A stretch of DNA of 62,883 bases, filler included, from Octopus bimaculoides (GCF_001194135.2; 4 parts of 4 records of this genome joined end to end with filler, not necessarily neighbours in it); one strand, 5' to 3'; positions 1 to 13,800 are shown, counted from the whole stretch's first letter. Made by a program: numbers and translations. The notes: generated by a model not told the origin, from the letters alone.

Positions 1-32
<32 letters not shown>

Positions 33-33
<1 letters not shown>

Positions 34-512
34 CTTTGTCTTGGTATAAAAAGATGGGCTACATCAAATATTCTGCTCAATACCACAGATTTACTTGTCA
101 GTTGTTTGACCGTAACCAGTTGAGCATGTCCCTTGGTGGTTGACGATATGTGCATCTCTGATCACGAGCAGAAGTAGTTGGGGAGCATCGTAGCCACGTG
201 TTGAGAGGAATTCTTTGGGGTTTGGATAATTCACCACTGGAAACATGGGTGTTTTGCTCAACATCCTTAAACAAATCTTATTCAGAGACATTTTGAGTGG
301 GATGGGCTACTCGACCTGAAAAAAATCCAACTGGGCCCCACCTGCGAGGTCATGCACTGTTTATCTTGATATGAGATCACCATGTTGCGCACATGTGGTT
401 GTGATGCATGTGCCTGGTGTACCCTTATCAGACAGGTAGTCATGATGGGTATAATGGGCTTCATATATTTTACCCCAGTGTCACTTTGATGGCATGCACT
501 GCTCTCTCACAC
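33..512 (+). mobile_element. Non-coding retroelement copy embedded in (AAT)n (3' UTR of, or non-autonomous partner of, a Dong-like LINE)
   Basis: Near-identical second copy at 41768-42234. The copies share the 3' end ctgctctctcac(a/t)c followed by (AAT)n but start at different 5' points, as expected for 5' truncation. Confidence 0.7.
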
Positions 513-527
513 AATAATAATAATAAT

Positions 528-717
528 CCTTTCTGTTATAGGCACTAGGCCTGAAATTTGTGGTGAGTGGTTAAATCAATTACATTGACGCCAGTGCATA
601 ACTGGTACTTATTTAATTGACTCCAAAACGATGACAGGCAAAGTTGACCTTGGCAGAATTTGAACTCAGAACATAAGGACAGACGAGATGCCGCTAAGCA
701 TTTTGCTCAGTGTACTT

Positions 718-718
<1 letters not shown>
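528..718 (-). mobile_element. tRNA-headed SINE, family A
   Basis: Matches the clean copy at 43430-43651 (B-box gagttcaaatt on the minus strand); (AAT)n on both sides. Confidence 0.75.
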
Positions 719-719
<1 letters not shown>

Positions 720-770
<51 letters not shown>

Positions 771-800
771 TATAATAATAATAATAATAATTATAATAAT
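720..800 (+). repeat. (AAT)n microsatellite
   Basis: Direct. Similar tracts at 1-32, 513-527, 3793-3856, 15660-15731, 41730-41767 and 42235-42273. Confidence 0.95.
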
Positions 801-806
801 GATGAT

Positions 807-3230
807 GTAAGACCGAGAAAAGGAAGAAAGATGAAGAGAAAATATAGATTCTCATTAAGAGAAGAACTGCTTTCAACATAAGAAACACTAAAACAATATG
901 TCCAAACAAAAGCTCAAAGAATATGAAGATTTGAGAAGAGAAACAAGTTTTGCAATGGAAAGATAACACAATAACAGACCTAAAGATAACACTCATGAAG
1001 GTTCATAAGTGGAAATTCCCTGCTAAAGATAGAGTGCTAATTTTCTGGCTCACATCACTCCTGTGCGCATACAAAAAACTAGTTCAGCTTTACAATGAAG
1101 TTACAAGAGATACTTTAAAATATCTGATTGGTCAGCAAGTGGTATTTCTTACCTACTTCCAAAGAATAATGAAACCAAATTTCAAAAATCTGTCAGCTCA
1201 TAACCTGTTTATCTACTGCTTATAAAATTTTGACATCCATACTCATGGAGAAAACATATGCAAATGCATAAGGAACAGAACAATATTTTCCCCACTGAAC
1301 AAAAAGGGTGCCAACGAGGCTTATATGGATGCAAAGATCAACTCTTAATCAATTGCATGATCCTTGAGAGCTGTTATAACAAACTCAGACATCTCAGTTC
1401 CACATAGATTGATTATAAAAAGGCCTTTAATAGCATACCAGATTCATGGATCTGGAAATTACTGGATATCTTCGAAATTTCTCTTGTAATTTCTAACTTC
1501 CTGAAGCATAACATGTCAATGTGGAAAACAAATCTCCAATTGTACCACTCTAATGGAATACTGACTTCAAACAATATTAACATCAACTGTGGCATTTTCC
1601 AGAGTGGCTTACTTTCACCTCTAATATTTTTCATAACCCTAATACCTCTCACAAGTGAACTTAATAGAATAGGGTATGGATATAAAACTGACAATAAGAA
1701 AATAAGCCATCTATTTTATATGGATGACTTGAAACTTTCTGACAAAGACAATAATGAGCTTGCAGGACAGTTACGTACTTTGAAAATATTCAGTGATGAC
1801 ATCAGGATGGAATTTGGTCTTAAATGTGTCAAAGCCACTTTCCAGAAGGGGAAATTGAAGACCTCAAATTCAGTCATGTTAGATGTTGACACAGTTATAA
1901 AAGAGCTTGAGCAAGAACAAACTTACAAATATCTTGGAATAAATGAAGGCTCTGGTATTCAACATGCAAGCATGAAAGAGATCGGGAAGATATGTTATAG
2001 GAGAGTTAAAGGAGTCCTGAAATCTGAGCTAAATGCATATAACAAGGTGTTAGCCATAAATTTCTTAGCAGTTCCAGTTGTTATTTATAGCTTCAATGTG
2101 TTCAAGTGGAATATCAGTGAAATAACAAAAATCGACAGGAAAATAAGTAAGCTGTTGACTTGCAATAAGAAACACCACCCAAAGGCAGACATACATCATC
2201 TTTACTTTCCCAGAGTCCAAGCCTAATCCATTTTGAAATCTCTTACAAAACCACCACAACTAGACTGGCCAAATATCTTGAAACATCTAATGACTGGATG
2301 CTAAAACTCACTGAAAATCACAGGAGACATAAGAAGCTTCATTTTGTCATGAAGGACAGCATAAAATTTGCTATTGATCTCATACATAACACCCAGGTTA
2401 AACAGTATGATGGAAGTGTAGCACCTGTAGCTTGCAAAGAAGGTGAAATCAATGGCAAAACAAAAAGTATATGATAGGTGGGAACAAAAGCCTCTGCATG
2501 GCAAATATGTGGTCCATAGCAAACAAGCTGATGTAGACCAGAAGCACACCCATCAGTGGCTATGGAGCTCAGGGCTAAAGGCAGAGAGTGAAGGCTTTAT
2601 CTTAGCTGCTCAAGATCAGAGCTTATTGATCTTGCCAAGCCAATGCAATGAAAAATGGTGTAGACCCAAAGTGCTGATACTGCAATGATGGGATAGAAAC
2701 AGTGGACCACCTAATCTCTAGGTGTAAGGTTTTTCGTACCTGTAGAGTATAAATCAAGACATGACAGAGTTGGATAATATCTATATTGAATAATGTGTCT
2801 GCATTATAAAATCAAAATTGCTGACAAATGGCACAAGCACCACCCTGAGGCTGTAACTGAGGGAGAAAATGTAACTATTTAGTATGTACAGACTGGACCA
2901 TCAAAGCAAATAAACCAAATATTGTTGTGAAAGACAAAAACAATAAAGTGTGTTGATTGATTGATATGATCATACCCTGTGACCATAATATCTTGGCAAA
3001 AGAATTTGATAAGCTCAGAAATATAAAGATTTGCTAATCCAAATTGAAAAGATGTGGTATCTCAAGACGGATACAATACCAGTGATTGTAGGAGCACTTA
3101 GAATGATCAAAAAAGGAACTGAAATTATTTGAGAATGATCCCTGGCTTTACTACCCATTTAAAAAGTGCAAAAGATTATTTTAACTGGAACTTCACATGT
3201 ATTGAAAAGAGCATTGTCACTGTGAATTGT
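807..3230 (+). mobile_element. Decayed R4/Dong-like non-LTR retrotransposon (RT plus restriction-like endonuclease)
   Basis: ORF 1513-2226 contains LFYMDDLKL, YKYLGI and HHPKADIHHLYFPR; ORF 2443-2688 contains LHGKY and LKAESEGFILAAQDQSL. Downstream frames give RHDRV- and KPDIVVKDK-like REL motifs. Many stops and frameshifts. Confidence 0.8.
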
Positions 3231-3509
3231 CTTTCTTTTTTTTCTCCCTTTTTCTTTGTTTTCTTTCTTTCATTCTTTTTTCTATTTTTTATTTTCACTT
3301 TTTCCTTTTTCTCCTTTTTCTTTTTCCTGTTTTTCTATCACATATCTTGACTTTATAAACGAACAATCTGTTGTGTTTATTTTAATGGTTTATCAATGAA
3401 TTTCTTTGCCCTAGGCATTGGGAAGAAGCTCACTAAGAAATAGAAACAAAATTGGAAGAAGAAAAATAATGATAACAACACCAACAACAACAACAATAAT
3501 AACAACCCA

Positions 3510-3792
3510 ATATAACCCAAATGTGGAGCCTAAAAACAGAAAAAATCCATATAATAATAGGTGCATAAATACGATTACAAAACATACAGACAAATATATA
3601 ACCAAAACACCAGGACTTATGAATATATGTAACACAGAAAATAGTACTATTAGGCACTGCACTCATCCTACATAAAGCACTTTTACTACAATGAAAATAA
3701 CAAGATCAAAACAAACCAAAGCACATACCCAAGGCACACAGAGGTGCATTCTGTAGTGCAATGAAAGCATTAGATAAAAGATAAGACTACTG
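3510..3792 (+). mobile_element. 5'-truncated 3' end of another R4/Dong-like family
   Basis: Frameshifted C-terminal peptide MWSLKTEKIHIIIGA...KHTDKYITKTPGL, then a short UTR running into (AAT)n. Confidence 0.55.
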
Positions 3793-3798
3793 AATAAC

Positions 3799-3856
<58 letters not shown>

Positions 3857-3869
3857 TACGTATAAACAT

Positions 3870-6800
3870 TACCATACCTCAGTTTATGAGAGATATGAGT
3901 TTAAACAGGAACTCTAGTGATAACAGTATAAATGAGGCAGGACCTTTAAGGGAAGGCCTCTCAGTCAGCAGTTGTGCAGTACAAATTCTAAGACAGCAGC
4001 AGTACATAACAGAGTAATGTGGATGAAATGGACAAGAGAAGAGGACAGAGTAGTGATGCAATTCTACTTTGAAATGTATATTAACACTTTGGTTAAAGAA
4101 AAGCATGTTTGATATAACAGGAAAGACTAGTGGACCAGGCTAATACTGTTAAGAGAAATAAGTGGATGACAGAACTGGAGGTAGAAGATATCACAAGACA
4201 ATTAAAAAAGACCAAAAAGTAGAACAGCCAAACACAAACCAAGAAAAAGCAAGATGTATAAGTGATATAGTTCAAGCCAAGGAAGAGCCAACAAGAAAAA
4301 ACACAAGCACTACCAACCAGAAAGGAAAAATTGACACCAGTGACTTATATGAAGAAGAACAGGAAATTTCAGATGAGATGCAGAAAGTAATAAGTAAAGA
4401 AGAAAGAAAAGATTACCAGTTAAAAAGGTATTAATAAAAAGAAGTTGCTAGATATTACAAGGCAAGCTGACACTAACTTATTGATTTATGCAGGAGGAAT
4501 AGTAGTTACTAGAAGGAGAGGTATTCTTCAAGAAAAGAATAGGAAGGAGCAGGTGTGGAAAAAGAAATTAGAAAATGAAGAGAAGACTTTAAGACAATAT
4601 CTGGCTAGAATAGAGCAGGACAAGTTAGGAAACACAAGATTTAAATCTTTTCTTGACAAAAAATATCTAGTCAAAGAGAAAGGATTTGGGACAGTCATGG
4701 AAGAGCTGAAAATGTGTCTCGTAGTAATAGCAGGTAAACTTTCCAAATATCAGAAAAGAATAGATCAGTATCAACAGGATGAATTGTTTGAAACAGACCA
4801 GAGGAGATTTTATTGCCAAATAAATAGTTTAGAATTTGAGAAGCCTAATGCAGAAAAAGCTAGAAAATTCTGGAGTGATATTTGGAATAAGCCAGTTAAT
4901 CATAATGGAAGTGTAACATAGCTAAAAAAAGTGAGGGAAGAAGTAATCAGTAAGAAGTAGCCAGATCTAAAACTAGCTGGTGCAATAATAAGTGTAAGGA
5001 AGAATGCCAAAACGGAGGGGCCGAGGACCAGATTTAGTTCAAGGGTGTTGATTAAAGAAATTTAGTAGCTTACATGGGAGACTGAGGGAACAACTTCAAG
5101 ATTGCCTTAATGGAGGAGTCATACCTAATTGAATGACTAGAGGGAGAACAGTACTCCTTATGAAAGACAAAAGCAATGGCAATATAGCTAGTAATTATAG
5201 GCCAATCACTTGCTTACTATTAGTGTGGAAGCTGTTAACGGGAATGCTTTCAGAAAACATTTATGAGCACCTTGATAGCCAAAATTTACATCCAAAAGAA
5301 CAAAATGGTTGCAGGAAGAAGGCTAGGGAACACATGATCTATAGTACATAGACAAAGCAGTTCTAAAGAAAGTGAAATCTAGAAAGAAAAATTTAACAGT
5401 GGCATGGATAGATTATAAGAAAGCCTATGATATGATTCTACACTCATGGAGTAGTGAGTGATTAAGTGTATTCAGTATTGCTGAGAACATAAATTTAATT
5501 AGCTATCACTTGAAGAAATGATAAGTAGATATTTAGTCAATTGATACATCTTTAAGGAAAGTTAATATCAAGAGAAGAATTTTCCAAGAAGACTCGTTAT
5601 CCCCTTTAATGTTTGTCTGGTGTTTAATTCCCCTCAGTTTAGTATTGAGAAAGGCAATGGCAGGGTATCAGTATAGTGATAGTAAAGAAAAAAATTAACC
5701 ATTTGCTCTACATGGATGATTTGAAACTTTTTGATAATATAAAAGAGATAGATTCTTTAATACAAACTGTAAGACTCTTCAGCAAAGATGTAAGTATGAA
5801 TTTTGGCATAGATAAGTCATAAAAAAGTGACAGGTTGTTAGCAGTGAAGTTATTCAATTACCAGATGGCCAGACATTAAACTCACTGAAAGGAGAAAGTT
5901 ATAAGTATCTAGGAGTGTTAGAATCTAAGAGAGTACTAACTATAGAAAAGAAAGTGAAAATTGAGGAGTACATGAGAAGGGTAAGGAAATTAATGAAATC
6001 AAAGCTAAATGGCTCAAATCTAGCGATGGTTGTAAACACTTGGGCAGTATTGCTACTTAGATATTCAACAGCTTTTTTAGATTGAACAAAATTTGAATTA
6101 GCAAATCTAGACAGAACTAGGAAGGAATTCAATATGAATGGAGGACTTCATCCAAGAGCAGGAATAGCCAGACTATATTTGCCTAGAAAGGAAGGTGGTA
6201 GAGGCTTAATATCAGTAGAAGACTGTGTTGAGTTAGGCAGAGTGGATATAGTCACCAATGTAAGTAATAGGAAATTTTATTAAGAGCTGCGAGTGTAACA
6301 GTTGGGGAAAGGGAAACCAAAAACTCAAATGAAGTTAAAAACCAGATAAAAGAAGAAAGACTGGCCAGAGAAGGCTTTGCATGGTAGATTTCCAAAGACA
6401 GTCACAGAAAATAGTAATAGTGAGACATGGTTCTGGTTGCAGAGAAGGCTGAAAAGGGAGACAAAGCTTGTTAGTAGCAGACAAGATCAGGCACTGAGGA
6501 CTAACTGCGTAAAAGGTAGATTCTCAATGTAGGTTATGTAGATCAAAGGAAGAGAGTGTTACTCATATAGTTAGTGAATGTGTTATGCCAGCATAGAAAG
6601 ACTACAAAAAAATACATGACAACTAAGGGAGATTTGATCATATTCATAAGTGGTATGAACATGAAACTAGTAAATGCTGTGGAATTTTAACAGTTAGGCT
6701 GACAGAATAATAGAGGCTAGAAGGCCTGATTTAGTAGTAACAGACAAAGAGAGGATAGAAAGTGCCAGGTAATTGACTTTACAGTCTCAAATGATGAAAA

Positions 6801-7065
6801 AGTCAATATGAGAGGCATAGGGAAAATAGCAAAGTACCAGGACCTAGTCATTGTATTACAGAGGCTAAGAAAATGCTGGTTATAGGTGCATTGGGAACTA
6901 TCCCTAAATGGATAGAGGAAATAGGCATAAAATCTAGTTTAGTACAACTCCAGAAAACAGTATTATTATGGATATTTAGGATATTTAGAAAGGTTCTTGA
7001 CATCTAAGCTTGATGTTAGGAATTGTTTCAAGGTCTAATCTGTCGTGCATAAATGAAATAACAAC
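3870..7065 (+). mobile_element. Near full-length decayed R4/Dong-like LINE (family 2)
   Basis: ORF pieces 4445-4921 (LLIYAGGIVVT, ARKFWSDIW) and 5133-5351 (SNYRPITCLLLVWKLLTG, EQNGCRK); WIDYKKAYD and LYMDDLKLF encoded downstream; C-terminal REL region ends at catctaa (7007). Confidence 0.8.
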
Positions 7066-7089
7066 AAATTTTTGGAAAAATGGCAAGTA

Positions 7090-8325
7090 GAATTAATATG
7101 TGTAAATGAATCATTAGGAAACATGCAAATATGCAGGGAAATATCTCAAGAAGACTCAATCTCCAAAGAGTAAAAGAGAAGAATGAGGAAGGTGCTTGAA
7201 ACAAAATTAAATGGAGGAAACATCATTAAAGCCATAAATACATGGGCTACACCTGTATTAAGATACTCTGTTCCCTTTCTGAAATGAACAAAGGCTGAGC
7301 TATTGACCTTGGATAGATGAACTAGAAAGCTGTGCACAATGCACAGCCCTCTGAAAGTACTGCTAGTCTCTACCTATCAAGAAAAGAAAGGGGCAAATGA
7401 TTGTTAAATGCAGAAGAAAGTGTTAGTACTGCATTACTGGAACTCAAAAAATATATTTCACAGAGTAAAGAAAGCATACTGTTAGCAGCTAGAGGTATCC
7501 AATAAATTACTGAAATAGTAGAATTTAAGAAGAGAAGGAAGAAAAATAGAGCAAACAGATGGAAAGAAATGGAATTACATGGCCAATTCATGCAACAAGC
7601 TGAGGATGTCAGATGTAAAGAATGTTGGCCATGGCTGATGGTTGTAAACCTGAAACAAGAGATTGAAGCACTAATTATAGTCACTTAAGAACAAGCCATT
7701 AGCTAAATCTGATAAAAGACAAAGATTAATAAAACTCAGTCAGACAGCAAATGAGGAGCTACAGGAAAGGAGATGAAAGTATTAATCATTTCTTGAGTGA
7801 ATGCCGGAAGATAGTACAGAAGGCATGACTGTATAGGTAAAAGAATGCATTTGGATGTTAGTTGAGTATGTGGTTTTGAAATAGGAAGTTCAATGAACAT
7901 GAACAAGAAGCTGTGATTGAGAATAAGAATTACAGGATCTTAAGAGACTTCCCCATAAAGATAGACCACACTAATGAGGTAAGAAGATCAGATATATAGA
8001 GGACAGAATAAACAAACAGTATAAGATGATATACTTTACAATTCCCTATGATAACAGAGTCAATACCAAAGAAATTGAAAACAATTGAGAAATACAAAGA
8101 CCAAGCCAAAGAGTTAAAGAAACTGTGGAAGACCAAGACAACAATTATTCCTGTGGTAAGTGATGCACTTGGTTAACTGATACTCACATTCTCGACCTGC
8201 AGAACAGTATAAACTTCTACTCTGCAAGAATCTCAAGAAAGATTCTTGAATTTGTGGACATTTTATTATCACCAAACCTGAAGATAACATTCTTGTTAAC
8301 TAAATTAGAATGTACTAGATTTATA
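7090..8325 (+). mobile_element. 3' portion of a further R4/Dong-like LINE family
   Basis: Encodes KLNGGNIIKAINTWATPVLRYS, ELHGQFMQQ and KKLWK..TTIIPVV-like motifs with stops; ends in an aat tract. Confidence 0.7.
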
Positions 8326-8449
8326 AATAATAATAATGAAGTACACACCTCACCAGCACAAAAGTGCAGCAAGTGGTGCAATAGAAAGTTACTTGAAACT
8401 ATCAGATGTTGAATAATAATAGTGGTGATGATGATAGTGATGAATGCTA

Positions 8450-10544
8450 CCTTACCTCAGTTTATAAGAGACAAGAGTTTGCATAGAAACACTGGTTGTA
8501 ACAATGAAAGAGAGGTTGGATCTTTAAGGGAAGGCCTCTTGCTTGGTAGTGGTTCAGTAAAGATGCAGACTGGCCACAGCTGTTATCCTAAGGCAGCATC
8601 AGCAGATAATAGAGTAAGGAGAAGGAAGTGGACCAGCGAAGAAAACAGGATAGTGATGCAGTGCTACTTAGAAACTGAACCTAAAAGAAGAGGTTATAGA
8701 AAACAGATGTTAACACTTTTGATAGAGAAGGGTATGTTTAAAGTGACTGAGCAGAGATTAGTTGATCAGGCTAATGCTATTAGGAGAAGACAGTGGATGA
8801 CAGAATTGGTGGTAGAAGAGATCACAAGAGAACTGGAAAAGAAAGATCAGGCAGCAGGAAAGACAAACAACAACATAAGACATTATTTACATTTGACGGA
8901 TATTTGCCCTCATCTTGTTTGTAGTTAACAACAAACAAGATGAGGATAAATATCCATCAAATGTAAATAATGTACATAATTTCTTATCTCTTAAATATAG
9001 AACTGAACAACATAAGAGATGCAGTTCAAACCAAAGAAGAACCTAAAGGGGAAAATAGTAATGGCACTACCAATAAGGAAGGGACAACTGGTACCAGTGA
9101 TTTGAATGAGGAAGATCAGAAGATTTTACATGAGTTGCAGGAAGTAATGAATAAAGAAGTAAGAAAAAGATTATCAGCGTTAAAAGGTACCAACAGAAGG
9201 AAGCTGCTACATATGAATAGGAGAGTAGATTCTGTCATCAGTTGGATAGATACTAAAAATATAAGTGACATTAAATTATTGATCTATGCAGGAGGGATAG
9301 TAGTTACTAAAAGATTAGATATTCCACAAGGAAAGATTAAAAAAGAGAAAATGTGGAAAAGGAGACTACAAAATAAAGTGAAGACTTTAAGACAAGATCT
9401 GAGTAGAATAGAAGCCTGGAAAGTGAACAAGTTAGGCAACACAAGATTTAAATCTTCTCTTGTAAAAAAAATACCTAGTCAAAGAGAAAGAATTTTGGAT
9501 GGTTGTAGAAAAGTTGAAACAGCTTATCATAGTAGTAGCAGGTAAGTTTTCCAGATATCAGAAAAGAGTAGATCAGTATCAATAGAATAGATGATTTGAG
9601 ATAGGCCAGAGGAGACTTTATAATCAAATTATTGATGAAGAAAGTACTGAAGATAAGAAACCTATTGCAGAAGAAGCAAGAAAGTTCTAGAGTAATATTT
9701 GGGATAAGCCAGTCAATCATAATGGAGATGCAGTATGGTTAAAGAAAGTGAAGGAAGAAGTAGTCTGTGAGAAGCAGTCAGATCTAAGACTAACAAGTAC
9801 ATTAATGAGTAAAGTGTTAGGAAAAATGCCAAATTGGAAGAGCCCAGGACCAGATTCAAGGGTACTGGTTAAAGAAATTTAGTAAGTTTAAATGGGAGGC
9901 TGAGATATAAGTATGGAATTTGGCATAGATAAATGTGCAATATTATTCATGGAAAGGGGACAGGTAGTCAATAGTGAAGGCCAGACATTACAATCACTGA
10001 AAAAAGGAGAGAGTTATAAGTATCTAGGAGTGTTAGAATCTGACTGAGTACTAACTATAGAAATGAAAATGAAAATTGAGAAGTACATCAGGGTGAGGAA
10101 GCTAACAAAGTCAAAGCTAAATGGTCTGAATCTTGTGAAGGCTGTAAATACTTGGGTAGTATCATTATTTAGATACTCAGTAGCTTTACAAAATCTGAAT
10201 TAGCAAAGCTAGACAGAAGAACTAAGAAGCAATTCAATATCAATAGAAGACTCCATGAAAGAGCAGGAGTAGCAAGATTATACTTACCTAGAAAGGAAAG
10301 TGGAAGAGGTTTAATATCTGTAGAAAACTGTGTAGAGTTAGCTAGAATATATATAGAGTCCTATGTAGGTAATAGTGAAGACAGTTTATTAAAAGCTGTT
10401 AGAGTCATAGCAAGACAGAGGGAAATCAAAAAGTCAAATGAAGTTAAAAATTGGAAAAAGAACAAAAGTTATCTGACTGGCAGGAGAAGGCTTTACATGG
10501 TAGATTCCCAAAGATAATTACAGCAAATAATAGTAGAGGGACAT
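8450..10544 (+). mobile_element. Second copy of R4/Dong-like family 2, RT core deleted, cut by the Gypsy insertion
   Basis: ORFs 8422-8928 (RRRKWTSEENRIVMQCY) and 8970-9545 (LLIYAGGIVVT, WKRRLQNKVKTLRQDLSRIE) are collinear with the copy at 3870-7065. Sequence jumps over the RT core near 9905. Confidence 0.8.
8881..9005. mobile_element. Palindromic insertion, probable Penelope-like element terminus
   Basis: 43-bp inverted arms (8880-8922 and 8931-8973, 3 mismatches), flanked by the 12-bp direct repeat aacaacataaga (8869-8880 and 9006-9017). Confidence 0.65.
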
Positions 10545-10847
10545 TGTTATATCCTTATGGTTAAATCAATACACTGCAGTAGTGTAATAACAATATAATT
10601 GAAACAAACAGCAGTAACCACATAGAACATAACAATCTGTCAAGAACCAACAATCCAACACGCTAACTTAAACTGTAAACTTTGAACTATCAACACACAA
10701 ACTGTGGAAGTAGCACAAATTACCTCACTTACTCAGACTGCTGCTATTNNNNNNNNNNNNNNNNNNNNNNNNNNNNNNNNNNNNNNNNNNNNNNNNNNNN
10801 NNNNNNNNNNNNNNNNNNNNNNNNNNNNNNNNNNNNNNNGCACAACA
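10545..10847 (-). repeat. Gypsy 3' LTR (contains an N gap)
   Basis: TG...CA termini, adjacent PPT at 10848-10859, similar to 15159-15346. Confidence 0.75.
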
Positions 10848-13800
10848 TCTCCCCTTTTGAGATTTCGTGTTCCAAAGGAATAATGAAATTTTATATTATA
10901 TATTTTTTTTTAGTATCTCTTTTACTTGGGCATTATCTCAAGGTGTTCGGTCTGCTTTCTTTTTCTCATGCTGGTTCTACAAGACTCTATTACTTTTGAT
11001 ACTGGTGCATCGAACATTGCACAGAATACTTTGATAGGAATTTCTTCCTGATCTTGGGTATGCCTCTTCCTTAGTTGGTTTATATGTCTCTTATGTTCAC
11101 CACGTGACCCTAATTCTGATGACAAGGCCATCTTCCCAGCCTTCTTTACCATTTCTGTAGGTTTTGAAATGTACTTTATCACCTATCTTGATGTATTTTG
11201 TTTGCTCTTTTGTATTTCCTTTAACTCTTTTTTTCTCTGGTAATAGCTTATCATAGTGAACATCAGTTCTGCGGGAGACTTCCCTGAATTTGTACTTGGA
11301 TTGGGGGGTCACTCTGTATATTCTTAAGAAATTTGTCAGTGCTTTGTTGTTACTTAATTCATTCCTCACTTTTCTTAATGCTCTCTTAAAGGTGTCCACA
11401 AATCTTTCTACCTGCCCGTTGGAATGAAAATACATTTTATCGCATGCCTTTTTACAGAAATTCTTGAATTCATACCCAGAGAACTGCATTCCGTTGTCTG
11501 AAACTAGCATGTCAGGGACACTGTATCATGCAAACAATTTGTATAAGAACTTTATACTTGTCTTAGAGGTTGGTCTATAGCACCTGCAAACCTCTGGCTA
11601 CTTAGTACAGTTATCTACCACAATTAGGTAGTAAGCGCCATTTACCGGTCCAGCATAGTCAATGTGTAACCTAGACCATGGGTTCTCTGTCTCTGGCCAC
11701 AATTGATATTTTACTGGTGGGGCTTTGGCCACAAGTGTGCAGCCTCACCAAGTTTTCAATATCTTGGTCCATAGACAGCCAATAGACATAATTCCACATC
11801 AGAGCCTTCATCCTTGCCATTCCTGGATGTCTGCTATGAAATTGTTGCAATACACCACTCTTTGGGCATACATCAGAATATCATCACAAATTGAAAAGCT
11901 ACTGGTATCTGAACCTTTATTCTGTTTATTTTTTAAAGTTTCTTTTATTTTCGCAATATACTCATCACCTACAGCTTTCATTCTTATACCCTGTGCCATC
12001 ACTAGTAGTTCTTGGATAACATTCATCATAGCATTTTTAAAATTTCACACTCTGCCTGTAGCGCAGCAATAACAGTCTTTTCTAGTGATTCCATATTTTT
12101 TGGAATTAATCTTGAAAGGCAGTCTGCATGACTGAATTTTTGCGATAGAATGTATTGCATTTTGAAATTATAATTTAGTAATATTACACCCCCATGTTGC
12201 AGGCAGTTTGCAGTATCAGTCAGTAACCCTTTTTTAGTCCCATAAATTGACAGCAAAGGTCTATGGTCTGTTTGTAATAAAAAACCTCTGTCATGCAGAA
12301 ACCTGTGAAGTTTTTTAACAGCAAAAATAACTGCTAGGGCCTCCTTTTCAATTTGACTATATCTCTTCTCTGCCACTATTAGCAAGCGCGAAACATGAAC
12401 CACTGGTTTTATACTTCCATCTTCGTATTTATGAAGTAGAACTGCACCTAATCCATGCTTGGAAGTATCAGATGCTCCAATGATGTCCATTTCAAGATCG
12501 TAATGTGCTAACAAGTCTGAGATAGAATTTTTTTTATTTCTTCAAAAGTGTTCTGGCATTTAGTGGACCAATTCCACTTCACTCCTTTTTTTTTAATAAG
12601 TTGTTCAATGGAGCTCTTAACTTGTACATATTAGAAATGTAGCTTTGATACTAGTTTGCCAACCCAAGAAATGCTTGTAAAGTTGGAATATTTGTTGGCA
12701 CAGGCATATTCCTTTTGTGTCTGCTGTTGACAGGTAAGGACGTCTACCACTTTTATCATCTGCTCAAAATACTTAATTTGGGGTAGAAGGAATTCACATT
12801 TTTCTTCATTCAGTGAACCTAAAAACTTTAATTTTCTTAACACAGCTTTTATGTATTCCATATGTTGTTCACAAGAATTACTCTTGATCAAAATATTGTC
12901 CAAGTATGGGATTGCAAATTCACAATCAGATAACATAGTATCCACAATTTGCTGGAATATCGCTGGTGCAACTTTTAATCTAAATCATGTATATCTGTAC
13001 AATCCTCTGTCTGTATTTATAGTCATTTTTCATTTTACTTTTATCTGTAAATAGGCTTCAAACAGATCTAATTTGGAAAAAATTTTTCCAGCATTTAACT
13101 TTGAGAAAAATGTCCTCTGCAGTTAGGAGTGGATGGTGGTATGTTTTTAAGCAGTTGTTCAATCCTGTAGAGAAATCAGCACCCAGCCTAATCTTATTAT
13201 TTTTTTTAATACATACCATGGGTACCATCTTGAAGTGTCAAGTAATTCACTTTTTTATTGACTCCACTCTTTTTGAGTCTGTCCTACTCTTCATTTATGG
13301 TTTCAATTGCCATGAATGGTACTTTTCTGTTTGCTTTAAATACAGGTACAACATTTTCATTTACTTGGAAATTGACTTCTATCTTTCAACAGAGACCTAA
13401 ATCCTCTGATAACACTCTTTACTTCAGTTCTTCCGAAGATTTGTTTTTAATGGGACAACCATTTATGTTATTGCAGTAAATATTTATGGGGAGGCGCCAT
13501 AAATCGAATAGTTCTAGCCAATTTGTACCAATTGATTGTATTATCCGCAACGAATAATTTTGCTTTGTGTGTCTCTCATTGAAATGTGACATCAATAAAT
13601 GTTTTGCCCATGAAATGTAATTTATTGCCCATTACACCATGCGCTATTTATGCTGTTTTATGTCATCTCGGTTTACCAATTTCCTTCCAAGTATCCGCAT
13701 TTATAATCGAGAAGTCACTACCTGTGTCTAACTGTAATTTAGTATTCACATGGTTTATTTTTATGTGCATGAATTTTCTTGTTTTTCCGTCGCAATCACT

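Noticed and set aside
425-445. ctgataag on the minus strand of the 33-512 element as a hammerhead core
   Set aside because: G8 is missing and no GAAA follows a plausible stem II.
660-3875. Poly-N, poly-Y, poly-L and poly-I ORFs (also 15588-15975)
   Set aside because: Translations of (AAT)n tracts.
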